From Alphaproteobacteria bacterium (GTDB taxonomy: Bacteria > Pseudomonadota > Alphaproteobacteria > GCA-2731375), in the NCBI GenBank assembly GCA_965232515.1, contig CBDDPY010000002.1, positions 1,600,001-1,664,000 on the forward strand: a DNA stretch of 64,000 bases, in the 5' to 3' direction. Below are positions 9,395 through 17,722 of the stretch, in pieces; position 1 is the first letter of the stretch; every line of letters begins with the position of its first letter. The position numbers and the translations under genes were made by a program. The notes beneath the pieces were generated by a model, which searched no databases, was not told where the DNA came from, and saw only the letters and a list, made by a program, of their open reading frames with translations.

Positions 9395-9441
9395 CTTAGA
9401 CCACCCTGACAACGGCCGAAGCGGCTTAATCATCCGCTAAT
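9395..9441 (-). promoter_or_regulatory. Two pairs of 11-bp-phased direct repeats, candidate OmpR-family binding sites
   Basis: CTTAGA-N5-CTGACA (9395-9411) and CTTAAT-N5-GCTAAT (9425-9441), upstream of the carbonic anhydrase gene. Confidence 0.4.
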
Positions 9442-9544
9442 CCGACACTCAGCTTCCGTTCATCCAGAATTCATCGGCTGTTCATGTTTGCCAGCAGCAC
9501 AAGCCGATACATGCCCGATCGTCGACCGGGCGGCCGGTCCGGTT

Positions 9545-9671
9545 CGTCAGGCGGGATTCGCCAACGTCCGTCGCGCCGAACAGGCCTTGCGGACGGAAGA
9601 TCAGAAAGAAGATCAGCGCGGCGAAGACGACGACGTCGCGGTCGTCGGCGGCGAAAACTGCCAGCCCACAT
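9545..9671 (-). pseudogene. 3' remnant of a LivH-type branched-chain ABC permease
   Basis: Minus strand reads MWAG, then after a frameshift FAADDRDVVVFAALIFFLIFRPQGLFG, the LivH C-terminal motif; the rest of the gene is absent. Confidence 0.65.
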
Positions 9672-9711
9672 CCGCGACGCCGGCTTCGATTTGCGCGGCT
9701 ATGATCCGACG

Positions 9712-10302
9712 ATGGATTCGTTTCCGACCGTCATCACGCACAATTTCGATCCGGCGCGCGGCGCGTTCAGGAACATCTGCACGCTGCCCGAGACCGATGT
9801 GGAACGCGTACTCGACGAGATTCGGGCATCGGGAACACGACGTATCAAGGCGAACTACCAGCGGCGACGGCGGGCGACCGAGGACTGGTTGATGGCCGAA
9901 CGCCATCGGAAGCTGGGCAATCCTTGGCTCGCGCGGCCGATCTACTTCTTCCTCGGCGACTTCGCCGACGGCTTGGATCCGTCTCGGCCGCGATCGCTGA
10001 TCGTGCCGTTGTCGACCCTGCCCGCCGAGACGATGACGTTCACCTATCCGGACAGCATGGCGAGCCTGTCGCTCGCCACCAAGGACACCCATCTTGCCGA
10101 CCGGCGGCCCTATCACGGCAAGGTCTTCACCTTGCGGGAAATCACGGCAGCGGTCGCCGAATTCGGTCTGCCCGACAAGCATCGGGACGACATGCGATCG
10201 CGGCTTTACGATCGCTTCATCGAATGCCAGATCTGGGACGACCGGCCCGTTAAACGGTTCTTGGAATCAGTGCGGACAGCGCAGGTGCGAAGATCGCGGT
10301 AA
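9712..10302 (+). CDS. Hypothetical protein, 196 aa
   Basis: Globular composition; motifs ITHNF, PIYFFLG, FTYPDSM, RPYHGKVFT and FIECQIWDD. Confidence 0.7.
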   Translation: MDSFPTVITHNFDPARGAFRNICTLPETDVERVLDEIRASGTRRIKANYQRRRRATEDWLMAERHRKLGNPWLARPIYFFLGDFADGLDPSRPRSLIVPLSTLPAETMTFTYPDSMASLSLATKDTHLADRRPYHGKVFTLREITAAVAEFGLPDKHRDDMRSRLYDRFIECQIWDDRPVKRFLESVRTAQVRRSR

Positions 10303-10499
10303 ATGCCCGCATAAGGAAAACGCGATGATAGCGCTTGTGAAGACGCCGCCCGATCTGCAATCATTTTGGCCTGCATCGCATCTTTGTTGTGCGGTTTGAC
10401 TTTTTTGCGGGCGGATCTGCAGCGGTTCGTGGGGACCTTTCCGGGCCATTCACGTAGGCACATCGCGTAACCCTTCGCCGAAACCGGCTGTCCGAGAAT

Positions 10500-10514
10500 T
10501 GGCACAAGCCTTGC
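10500..10514 (+). promoter_or_regulatory. Sigma-54 (-24/-12) promoter
   Basis: TGGCAC-AAGCC-TTGC matches TGGCAC-N5-TTGC, about 90 nt upstream of the ABC operon. Confidence 0.8.
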
Positions 10515-10603
10515 GAAGCGAAGGACGTAGCAAAAACTGACGCCGGTCTTTGTTCAGGCCGGTCAGAGACAATAACAGGCGTAGGCAACAGGCGGCGGCG
10601 TGA

Positions 10604-11488
10604 ATGGAAGCAGCGGTAAAGCTGGTCTTCGATATCCTTGCGTTCTCTTCGATCATGGTTCTGGTGGTGGCGGGCCTCGCCGTTATCGCCAGCCTGATGG
10701 GGATCTTCAATCTCGGCCACGGCGAGTTCGTGCTGCTGGGCGCCTACACCGTCTATGTCTTCCGCGAAATGGGCCTGCCGGAATGGATGGGCATCCTGAT
10801 GGCGCCGTTCTTCCTGGCGGTGCTGGGCCTGATCATCGAGGCGTCGGTGATCCGACGATTATACGCGGCGCCGATCATCGCCATGCTGGCGACCTACGCC
10901 ATCGGTCTGATCATTCGCGAGATCGTGAGAGGCCTGATCGGCGGGCAGTATTACGCGATCGACGAGCCGATCCCAGGCGCCTTCGTGATCGGCGATATGA
11001 GCTTTCCGATCTGGCGCACGGTGATCATCGTCGTCACGCTGGCGGTGATGGCCGCCTGCTATCTGTTCCTGACGCGCACCACGTTCGGACTGCAGATCCG
11101 CGGGTCATTGGAGAACCCGGCGCTGGCGCGCGCCTCGGGCGTCTCGACGACCAAGCTCTACGCCTTCACCTTCGCCTTCGGCGCGGCCCTGGCGGGCCTC
11201 GCCGGCGCCATGATGGTGCCGCTGTTCTCGCTGTCGGCCGATCTCGGCGTGCGCTTTCTGGTGCAGGCGTTCCTGTCGGTGATGCTGGGCGGCGTCGGCA
11301 CCTTCGAAGGCCCCGTTGTCGGCAGCGCCATGTTGGGCGCCATGGTCCCCGGGTTCCAGTGGCTGCGCGAGATTCCCTTCGTCGTCGACTATGTAAGCCC
11401 CGTCTTCGCCGAAGTCCTGGTTTTCGTTACCGCACTGACGATCGTGAAACTTCGGCCGCAAGGCCTCATTAGCCAAGGGAGGATCTGA
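10604..11488 (+). CDS. Urea/amide/branched-chain ABC permease (LivH/UrtB-like)
   Basis: MGIFNLGHGEF, T.FGL.IR..EN.LA..SGV, VMLGGVG and RPQGL motifs. Confidence 0.92.
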   Translation: MEAAVKLVFDILAFSSIMVLVVAGLAVIASLMGIFNLGHGEFVLLGAYTVYVFREMGLPEWMGILMAPFFLAVLGLIIEASVIRRLYAAPIIAMLATYAIGLIIREIVRGLIGGQYYAIDEPIPGAFVIGDMSFPIWRTVIIVVTLAVMAACYLFLTRTTFGLQIRGSLENPALARASGVSTTKLYAFTFAFGAALAGLAGAMMVPLFSLSADLGVRFLVQAFLSVMLGGVGTFEGPVVGSAMLGAMVPGFQWLREIPFVVDYVSPVFAEVLVFVTALTIVKLRPQGLISQGRI

Positions 11489-11491
11489 GAG

Positions 11492-12733
11492 ATGGCTACT
11501 GACAGGTATCAAGAAAGACGCGACCGGCGGGTCTCGCGCCGCTCGTTTCTGCTCGGCGCCAGCGCGCTGAGCGCCGCCGGCTGGGTCGCCGGTTTCTCGG
11601 GCGGCTGGGTGCTGCGGCCGAAATGGGCGCACGCGGCCGGTCCGATCAAGATGGGCATCGCCACCGACATCACCGGCGCCATCGCGCCGGGCGGCAACGC
11701 CAACTGGCAGACGGCGCAGTTCACGGTACAGAAGATCAACGACGCCGGCGGCATTCTGGGCCGGCCGATCGAACTGATCCTGGAAGACACGGCGTCCGAC
11801 CCCGGCATCGCCGTCGGCAACGTACGCCGGCTGATCCAGAAGCATCAGGTCGACGTCGTCTTTGGCGGCATCACCAGCGCCATGCGCGAAGCGATCAAGA
11901 ACCCGATCGTGCGCCGCGGCAAGACGCTCTACATCTATCCGCAGCTCTATGAAGGTCAGGAATGCACCGAGCATCTCTACTGCACCGGCCCGACGCCGGC
12001 GCAGCAATGCGCCGAGCTGCTGCCGTTCCTGATCAAGCAGGGCAACAAGCGCTTCGCCATGCCATCGGCCAACTACCGCTGGCCGCAACTGCTGAACAAG
12101 TGGGCCCGCGACGTGATCGAGGCGAATGGCGGCGAAGTGGTGTTCGAGGAATACTACCCGCTCGACCAGATCGAGTATTCGGCGACCGTCGCCAAGATCA
12201 TGAACGAGAACGTCGATCACGTGTTCAACACGGTGATCCCGCCCGGCCTGCAGGCCTTCACCAAACAGCTCTACGAGGCCGGCTTCCACGGCAAGGGCGG
12301 CACGCTGTCCTGCGTCTATTACGACGAGAACTCGGTCAACTATGTGGCGCCGCGCGAGCTGGAAGGCGTCTATAGCTGTCTCGACTTCTTCCACACGGTG
12401 CCGGACCCGTTCAGTCAGGAACTGGTCACCGACTACAACAAGATGTTCCCGGATACGAAGTTCCTGTTCACCGCCGGCAGCGCGGCGACGGGCATGTATC
12501 GCGGCATCAAGCTGTACGAAGCGTCCGTGATCGAGACCAACGGCGATCTCGACCGCGAGGCCGTCTCGGCGGCGATCGACAAGGCCGCGATCGACCAGGG
12601 TCCGGGCGGACCGGCCAAGATGGTGCCCGGCACCGGCCACGTCGCCATGAACATGTACGTGGCGCAGTCCAAGGGCGGCAAGTGGAACGTCATCTCCAAA
12701 GCCGACATGGTGGCGCCGGACGAGTGCGCCTGA
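11492..12733 (+). CDS. AmiC/UrtA-like amide-binding periplasmic protein with Tat signal
   Basis: SRRSFL Tat motif; GGITSAMR, YIYPQLYEGQE, GPTPAQQ and ANY.WP. Confidence 0.9.
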   Translation: MATDRYQERRDRRVSRRSFLLGASALSAAGWVAGFSGGWVLRPKWAHAAGPIKMGIATDITGAIAPGGNANWQTAQFTVQKINDAGGILGRPIELILEDTASDPGIAVGNVRRLIQKHQVDVVFGGITSAMREAIKNPIVRRGKTLYIYPQLYEGQECTEHLYCTGPTPAQQCAELLPFLIKQGNKRFAMPSANYRWPQLLNKWARDVIEANGGEVVFEEYYPLDQIEYSATVAKIMNENVDHVFNTVIPPGLQAFTKQLYEAGFHGKGGTLSCVYYDENSVNYVAPRELEGVYSCLDFFHTVPDPFSQELVTDYNKMFPDTKFLFTAGSAATGMYRGIKLYEASVIETNGDLDREAVSAAIDKAAIDQGPGGPAKMVPGTGHVAMNMYVAQSKGGKWNVISKADMVAPDECA

Positions 12734-12813
12734 CGCAACCGGACGGCGGCCGCGCGGACATCCGCGCGGCCGCCGGTTCGTCCGATCATGAACAGAACCG
12801 GTAACCGAGCGTC

Positions 12814-13872
12814 ATGGCAGAGGTAGCCCAGAGCAGGCCGAAAATCAGCCGCCGTCCGGTGCGGGTGATCCCGATTGTCGAAGTGGTGCTGCTGGTTCTG
12901 CTGATCGCCATGCCGCTGCTGGTCAGCGATTTCCTGACCGTGATCATCACCCGCATGGTGATCCTGGCCATGCTGGCGATCAGCTTCGACCTGTGCTGGG
13001 GCTATTCCGGCATCATGACCTTCGGCCAAGCGCTCTATTTCGGCATGGCCGGTTATGTCGTCGCGCTGTTGGCCAACAAGGCCGGCTTCGTGCAGTTCTG
13101 GGGCGTGATCCCGATCGGCATGCTGGTCGGGCTGGTCGTGGCCTTCCTGGTCGCCTGGTTCCTGCTGCTGGGTAAACGCACGCCCGAGATCATCTTCGTC
13201 GCGCTCGGCACCTTGACCGCATCCTACGCCGCCGAGCGCATGGTCGCCGGCTGGCAGTGGGTTGGCGCCGGCAACGGCATGTCGGTCTACGATTTCATGA
13301 TGATCGGCGACTACGAGCTGGAGCCGGGCATCGTGTTCTATTACATCGCCGCGGCGATCCTGGTGCTGGTCTATCTCGCCAGCCGCTACCTCGTGCGCTC
13401 GCAGTTCGGTCTGGTGCTGGCCGGCATGCGGCAGAACGAGGAACGGCTCGCCTATTTCGGCTACAAGGTACAGGTATTCAAGGCCCTGGTGTTCAGCTTC
13501 GCCGGCATGATCGCCGGCCTGTCGGGCGCGCTTTACGCCTATCACGAAGGCTTCATCGGACCCGGCAGCATGGGCATCGCGCTGTCGACCTATGCGGTGC
13601 TGTACGGGCTGTTCGGCGGCGCCGGCACCCTGCTCGGACCAATCATTGGCGTCATCGCCATCGAGAGCATCAGCTTCACGCTCTCGGACCTGGACGCGGT
13701 GAAGAGCTTCTGGCCGATCGTGCTCGGCGTGATCCTGCTGGTCGTGGTGGCCTACAAGCCGACCGGTCTGCTCGGCTTCGTGCTGTCGCAGCGCGAGCGG
13801 ATCGGCACCTTCGGCATCGGGACGTCGCGGCGTGGCGCCGACCAGCGGAAGAGCGACGATGGCGCTGCTTGA
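12814..13872 (+). CDS. ABC permease (LivM/UrtC-like)
   Basis: GYSGIMTFGQALYFG, S.FG..L..MRQNE.R..Y.GY and GGAGTLLGP. Confidence 0.92.
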   Translation: MAEVAQSRPKISRRPVRVIPIVEVVLLVLLIAMPLLVSDFLTVIITRMVILAMLAISFDLCWGYSGIMTFGQALYFGMAGYVVALLANKAGFVQFWGVIPIGMLVGLVVAFLVAWFLLLGKRTPEIIFVALGTLTASYAAERMVAGWQWVGAGNGMSVYDFMMIGDYELEPGIVFYYIAAAILVLVYLASRYLVRSQFGLVLAGMRQNEERLAYFGYKVQVFKALVFSFAGMIAGLSGALYAYHEGFIGPGSMGIALSTYAVLYGLFGGAGTLLGPIIGVIAIESISFTLSDLDAVKSFWPIVLGVILLVVVAYKPTGLLGFVLSQRERIGTFGIGTSRRGADQRKSDDGAA

Positions 13873-14593
13873 GGTCCAGGGCGTCGGCAAGACGTTCGGG
13901 GCGCTGCGCGCGCTCGACGGCGTCGACGTCAGCGTCCGGGCCAATACCTTTCACGGTCTGATCGGGCCCAACGGTTCCGGCAAGAGCACGCTGCTGAAGG
14001 CCATCGCCGGCGCGCATCTGGCGGACGACGGCAGCATCACCTTCGACGGCAACGACATCACCAAAATGCGCGCCGCCGACCGGGCCCGGCTGGGCCTCAG
14101 CCTGAAGTTCCAGATCACGGCCGTGCTGCCGGAGCTGTCGGTCTACGACAACCTGCTGCTGTCGATACAGGCGGACGAGCCGGTCTGGACGCTGGTGCGG
14201 TCGCGCAGCCGGGCCGAGTCGCATGACCGGGTGATGGACGCGCTGGAGCGCTTTCGCCTGGCCGAGCGCGCCGACGATCTGGCCGGCGAGTTGAGCCATG
14301 GCCTGCAGCAATGGCTGGAGATCGCCATGGCGCTGATGCGCCGGCCGAAGCTGCTGCTGCTGGACGAGCCGACCGGCGGCATGAGCCCGGAGGAACGGCG
14401 CGCCACCGGCGAGCTGCTGATGCCGATCCGCAGCGAATGCGCGCTGGTGATCGTCGAACACGATCTCGACTTCATCAAGGACATCTGCGACCACCTGACC
14501 GTGCTGGACCAGGGCCGCGTACTGGACGACGGCACGGTGGCCGAGATCGAGGCCTCGCCCAAGGTGCAGGAGGTCTACACCACCCGTGTCTGA
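13859..14593 (+). CDS. ABC ATP-binding protein (LivG/UrtD-like)
   Basis: GPNGSGKST, LSHG.QQWLEI, LLLDEP and VEHD. Confidence 0.95.
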   Translation: MALLEVQGVGKTFGALRALDGVDVSVRANTFHGLIGPNGSGKSTLLKAIAGAHLADDGSITFDGNDITKMRAADRARLGLSLKFQITAVLPELSVYDNLLLSIQADEPVWTLVRSRSRAESHDRVMDALERFRLAERADDLAGELSHGLQQWLEIAMALMRRPKLLLLDEPTGGMSPEERRATGELLMPIRSECALVIVEHDLDFIKDICDHLTVLDQGRVLDDGTVAEIEASPKVQEVYTTRV

Positions 14594-14597
14594 CGCA

Positions 14598-14863
14598 AGC
14601 CTGCATTTCTCCTATCCTGCATGGCCTGCGCGGCGTCGTGCTGTCGACAGGGCAGGAGCGCTGCGCGGCGCGATGTGGGGCATCGGGCAAGCAGCGCGAC
14701 GCCCCCTGTCGGCAGCACGGCGCCGCCCGAAGGGTCGCGCGCAGGCGCCCGCCCGCGGCGTCGCGGCCCTCAACCGTAGTCCCGCTACGCTTTTCGGTCC
14801 GCTCCTGGCGGATCGGACGCCTGCGCGCGACGCAGACCGTGCAGGATAGGAGAAATGCAGGCT
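14598..14863. mobile_element. 266-bp non-autonomous MITE-like element with 27-bp terminal inverted repeats
   Basis: Left AGCCTGCATTTCTCCTATCCTGCATGG (14598-14624) matches the reverse complement of right CCGTGCAGGATAGGAGAAATGCAGGCT (14837-14863) at 26/27; two internal inverted repeats; excision restores an in-frame gene start. Confidence 0.8.
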
Positions 14864-15556
14864 GACCCGATCTTAAATGTGCAGGACCTGAACGCGGGCT
14901 ATGGCCATAGCCAGGTGTTGTTCGATGTCGGCCTGTTCGCGCAACGCACCGGCGCGGCCGCCCTGCTCGGCCGTAACGGCGCCGGCAAGACGACGTTGCT
15001 GAAAACGCTGATCGGCGAGATCCGGCCGACCGGCGGACTGATCCGGTTCGACGGCATCGAGGCGCAAAACGAAAACACCGAAAAGCGCGTCCGCCGCGGC
15101 ATGGGTTACGTGCCGCAGGAACATGCCGTGTTCGGCAAGCTGACGGTGCGCGAGAACCTGACCCTGGGCGCGGTCACGCAGAAGGACAAATCGGGCATCG
15201 ACATGGTGCTGGACTTCTTCCCCAAGCTGGGCGAGCGGCTGGGTCAGCAGGCCGGCACGCTGTCCGGCGGCGAACGCAAGATGCTGGCGATCGGCCGGGC
15301 GTTGCTGGGCCGGCCGAAGCTGCTGCTGCTGGATGAACCGACCGAGGGCGTCTGGGTCGGCGTGATCGAGGAGATCGCCGAACGGCTGGAACAGCTCTCG
15401 CGCGAGATCTCGATGATTATCGTCGAGCAGCATGTCGAGCTGGCGCTGCGCGTCGCCGACTATGCCTATGTGATGGACCGGGGTCAGATTGCCCTCGAAG
15501 GCCCGTCGGCGGAAGTCAAGGAAGACCCGCAATTGCTGCGCTATCTGGCACCTTAA
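14855..15556 (+). CDS. ABC ATP-binding protein (LivF/UrtE-like); start codon lies inside the inserted element
   Basis: GRNGAGKTT, LSGGE, LLLDEP and VEQH. Confidence 0.93.
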   Translation: MQADPILNVQDLNAGYGHSQVLFDVGLFAQRTGAAALLGRNGAGKTTLLKTLIGEIRPTGGLIRFDGIEAQNENTEKRVRRGMGYVPQEHAVFGKLTVRENLTLGAVTQKDKSGIDMVLDFFPKLGERLGQQAGTLSGGERKMLAIGRALLGRPKLLLLDEPTEGVWVGVIEEIAERLEQLSREISMIIVEQHVELALRVADYAYVMDRGQIALEGPSAEVKEDPQLLRYLAP

Positions 15557-15582
15557 ATTCGAACCACAGTGGAGGACACGAC

Positions 15583-17103
15583 ATGGCCGTACAGCTACCG
15601 ACACCGGATCAGATTTTCGCGCTCGCCGACGAGATGGGTCTCGACCTGACCGAAGCCGACGTCGAGTCCTATATCGGTCTGTTCGGTCCCAACGTCGCGG
15701 CCTACAACGCCGTCGACGCCATGCCCGACAACCTGCCGCAGGTGACCTATCCGCGGACGCCGGGCTATCGACCCGGGCCGGCGGAGAACCCCTACAACGC
15801 CTGGTACGTGAAGACCGAAGTCAAGGGCGCCGCGCGCGGCAAACTGAAGGGCAAGACGGTGGTCCTGAAGGACAACGTCATGCTGGCCGGCGTGCCGATG
15901 ATGAACGGCGCGGCGACGCTGGAAGGCTATGTGCCTGATATCGACGCCACGGTGGCGACGCGCCTGTTGGACGCCGGCGCCACGATCGTCGGCAAGTCAC
16001 ATTGCGAGAACTTCTGCCTGTCCGGCGGCAGCCATACCAACGCCACCGGACCGGTGCACAATCCGCACAAGATGGGCTATTCGGCCGGCGGCTCGTCGTC
16101 GGGCAGCGCAGCCTTGGTCGCGGCCGGCGAGGTCGACATGGCGATCGGCGGCGACCAGGGCGGCTCGATCCGCATGCCGGCCTCGTTCTGCGGCATCTAC
16201 GGCATGAAGCCGACGCACGGCCTGGTGCCCTATACCGGCATCATGCCGATCGAGATCTATGTCGATCACACCGGGCCGATGACCGGCAATGTCTCCGACA
16301 ACGCGTTGATGCTGGAAGTAATCGCCGGCGAGGACGGCTACGACCCGCGCCAATATCACGTGAAGACCGAGCGCTACACAAAGGCCCTGCAAGGCCGCAA
16401 GGGCCTGAAGGGCATGAAGATCGCCGTCGTCAAGGAAGGTTACCAGCAGGAGAACGCCGAGAGCGACGTCAACACCAAGGTGCGGGCGGCGGCGAAGCAC
16501 CTGGCGAGCCTGGGCGCCAAGGTCAAGGAGGTATCGATCCCGATGCATCTCATGGGCCCGGCGCTGTGGATGCCGATCGGCGTCGAGGGCCTGACCCAAA
16601 CCATGATGTACGGCGACGGTTACGGCGTCAGCCGGCCGGACCTCTACGTCACCAGCCTGATGGACTTCCATCGCAACTGGCGGACGCGGGCGAACGAGAT
16701 GTCGGAGACGACCAAGCTGTTCACCATGTTCGGGACGTATATCCGCAAGTATTACGGCAGCCGCTATTACGGCAAGGCGATGAACGTGACGCGTCTGCTG
16801 ACCGCGGCCTACGACGCGGTGCTGGAGGAACACGACCTGCTGATGATGCCGACGACGCCGGTCAAATCGCAGCCCCTGCCCGCACCGGACGCGAGCCGCG
16901 AGGAATACGTGCAGCGGGCGCTGGAAATGATCTCGAACACGGCGCCGTTCGATATCACGCACCACCCGGCGATGGCGATACCGTGCGGCATGTCGAAGGG
17001 ACTGCCCGTCAGCATGATGCTGGTCGGCAAACATTTCGACGAGTCGACCATCTACCGCGCAGCGCACGGCTTCGAGCAGGGCGGCGACTGGAAGAAGATG
17101 TAG
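15583..17103 (+). CDS. Amidase-signature family amidase
   Basis: LKDN, GGSSSGS and GGDQGGSIRMP (Lys-cisSer-Ser triad). Confidence 0.95.
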   Translation: MAVQLPTPDQIFALADEMGLDLTEADVESYIGLFGPNVAAYNAVDAMPDNLPQVTYPRTPGYRPGPAENPYNAWYVKTEVKGAARGKLKGKTVVLKDNVMLAGVPMMNGAATLEGYVPDIDATVATRLLDAGATIVGKSHCENFCLSGGSHTNATGPVHNPHKMGYSAGGSSSGSAALVAAGEVDMAIGGDQGGSIRMPASFCGIYGMKPTHGLVPYTGIMPIEIYVDHTGPMTGNVSDNALMLEVIAGEDGYDPRQYHVKTERYTKALQGRKGLKGMKIAVVKEGYQQENAESDVNTKVRAAAKHLASLGAKVKEVSIPMHLMGPALWMPIGVEGLTQTMMYGDGYGVSRPDLYVTSLMDFHRNWRTRANEMSETTKLFTMFGTYIRKYYGSRYYGKAMNVTRLLTAAYDAVLEEHDLLMMPTTPVKSQPLPAPDASREEYVQRALEMISNTAPFDITHHPAMAIPCGMSKGLPVSMMLVGKHFDESTIYRAAHGFEQGGDWKKM

Positions 17104-17116
17104 CGCCAGCCGCGCC

Positions 17117-17162
17117 TTGACTATACGGAGTAGTCCAGCATAGTAGACATATGTCTACTATG
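17117..17162 (+). promoter_or_regulatory. Sigma70-type promoter overlapped by a perfect 24-bp palindromic operator
   Basis: TTGACT (17117) N16 CATAGT (17139); CATAGTAGACAT|ATGTCTACTATG at 17139-17162 covers the -10 and the ATG. Confidence 0.65.
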
Positions 17163-17720
17163 CCGGATGTTCTGACGGACCGGATTGCCGCGCGCGTCCG
17201 GGCGGAGCGCGAGGACCGGCGCTGGCCGCTGGCCGATCTGGCCGACCGGTCCGGCGTGTCGAAAGCCATGATCAGCAAGATCGAGCGCGGCGAGTCGAGT
17301 CCGACCACCGCGGTGCTGGCACGGCTGTGCGCGGCCTTCGGCCTGACGCTGTCGACCTTTCTGACCCGCGCCGAGGGCCGCAGCGGTCGCCTGGTCCGCG
17401 CCGCCCAGCAGCCGAGCTGGACCGACCCCGAGACCGGCTGCGTCCGCACGCTGGTCTCGCCGAGCGCCGGCGGACCGATCGAGATGGTGGCCGTCGACCT
17501 GCCGGACGGCGCCGAGATGACCTATCCGGCGGCGATGTACGCCGTTTTTCATCAGGTCGTCTGGGTCCTGGCCGGCGAGCTGGTGCTGGTGGAAGGAGAA
17601 ACCACACATCACTTGGGTCCTGGCGACTGCCTGGAGCTGGGCTCGCCGGCGGATTGCCATTTCCGCAACGAGACGGACGCGCCCTGCCGCTATCTCGTCG
17701 CGGCCGGACGGCGGCCATAG
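17151..17720 (+). CDS. XRE-family HTH regulator with cupin domain
   Basis: LADRSGVSKAMISKIERGESSPT helix-turn-helix; C-terminal cupin (LGPGDCL...FRN). Confidence 0.92.
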   Translation: MSTMPDVLTDRIAARVRAEREDRRWPLADLADRSGVSKAMISKIERGESSPTTAVLARLCAAFGLTLSTFLTRAEGRSGRLVRAAQQPSWTDPETGCVRTLVSPSAGGPIEMVAVDLPDGAEMTYPAAMYAVFHQVVWVLAGELVLVEGETTHHLGPGDCLELGSPADCHFRNETDAPCRYLVAAGRRP

Positions 17721-17722
17721 CC

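Noticed and set aside
14586-14849. 87-aa ORF as an independent protein gene
   Set aside because: It is the original ATPase start read into the inserted element; considered only as a possible leader
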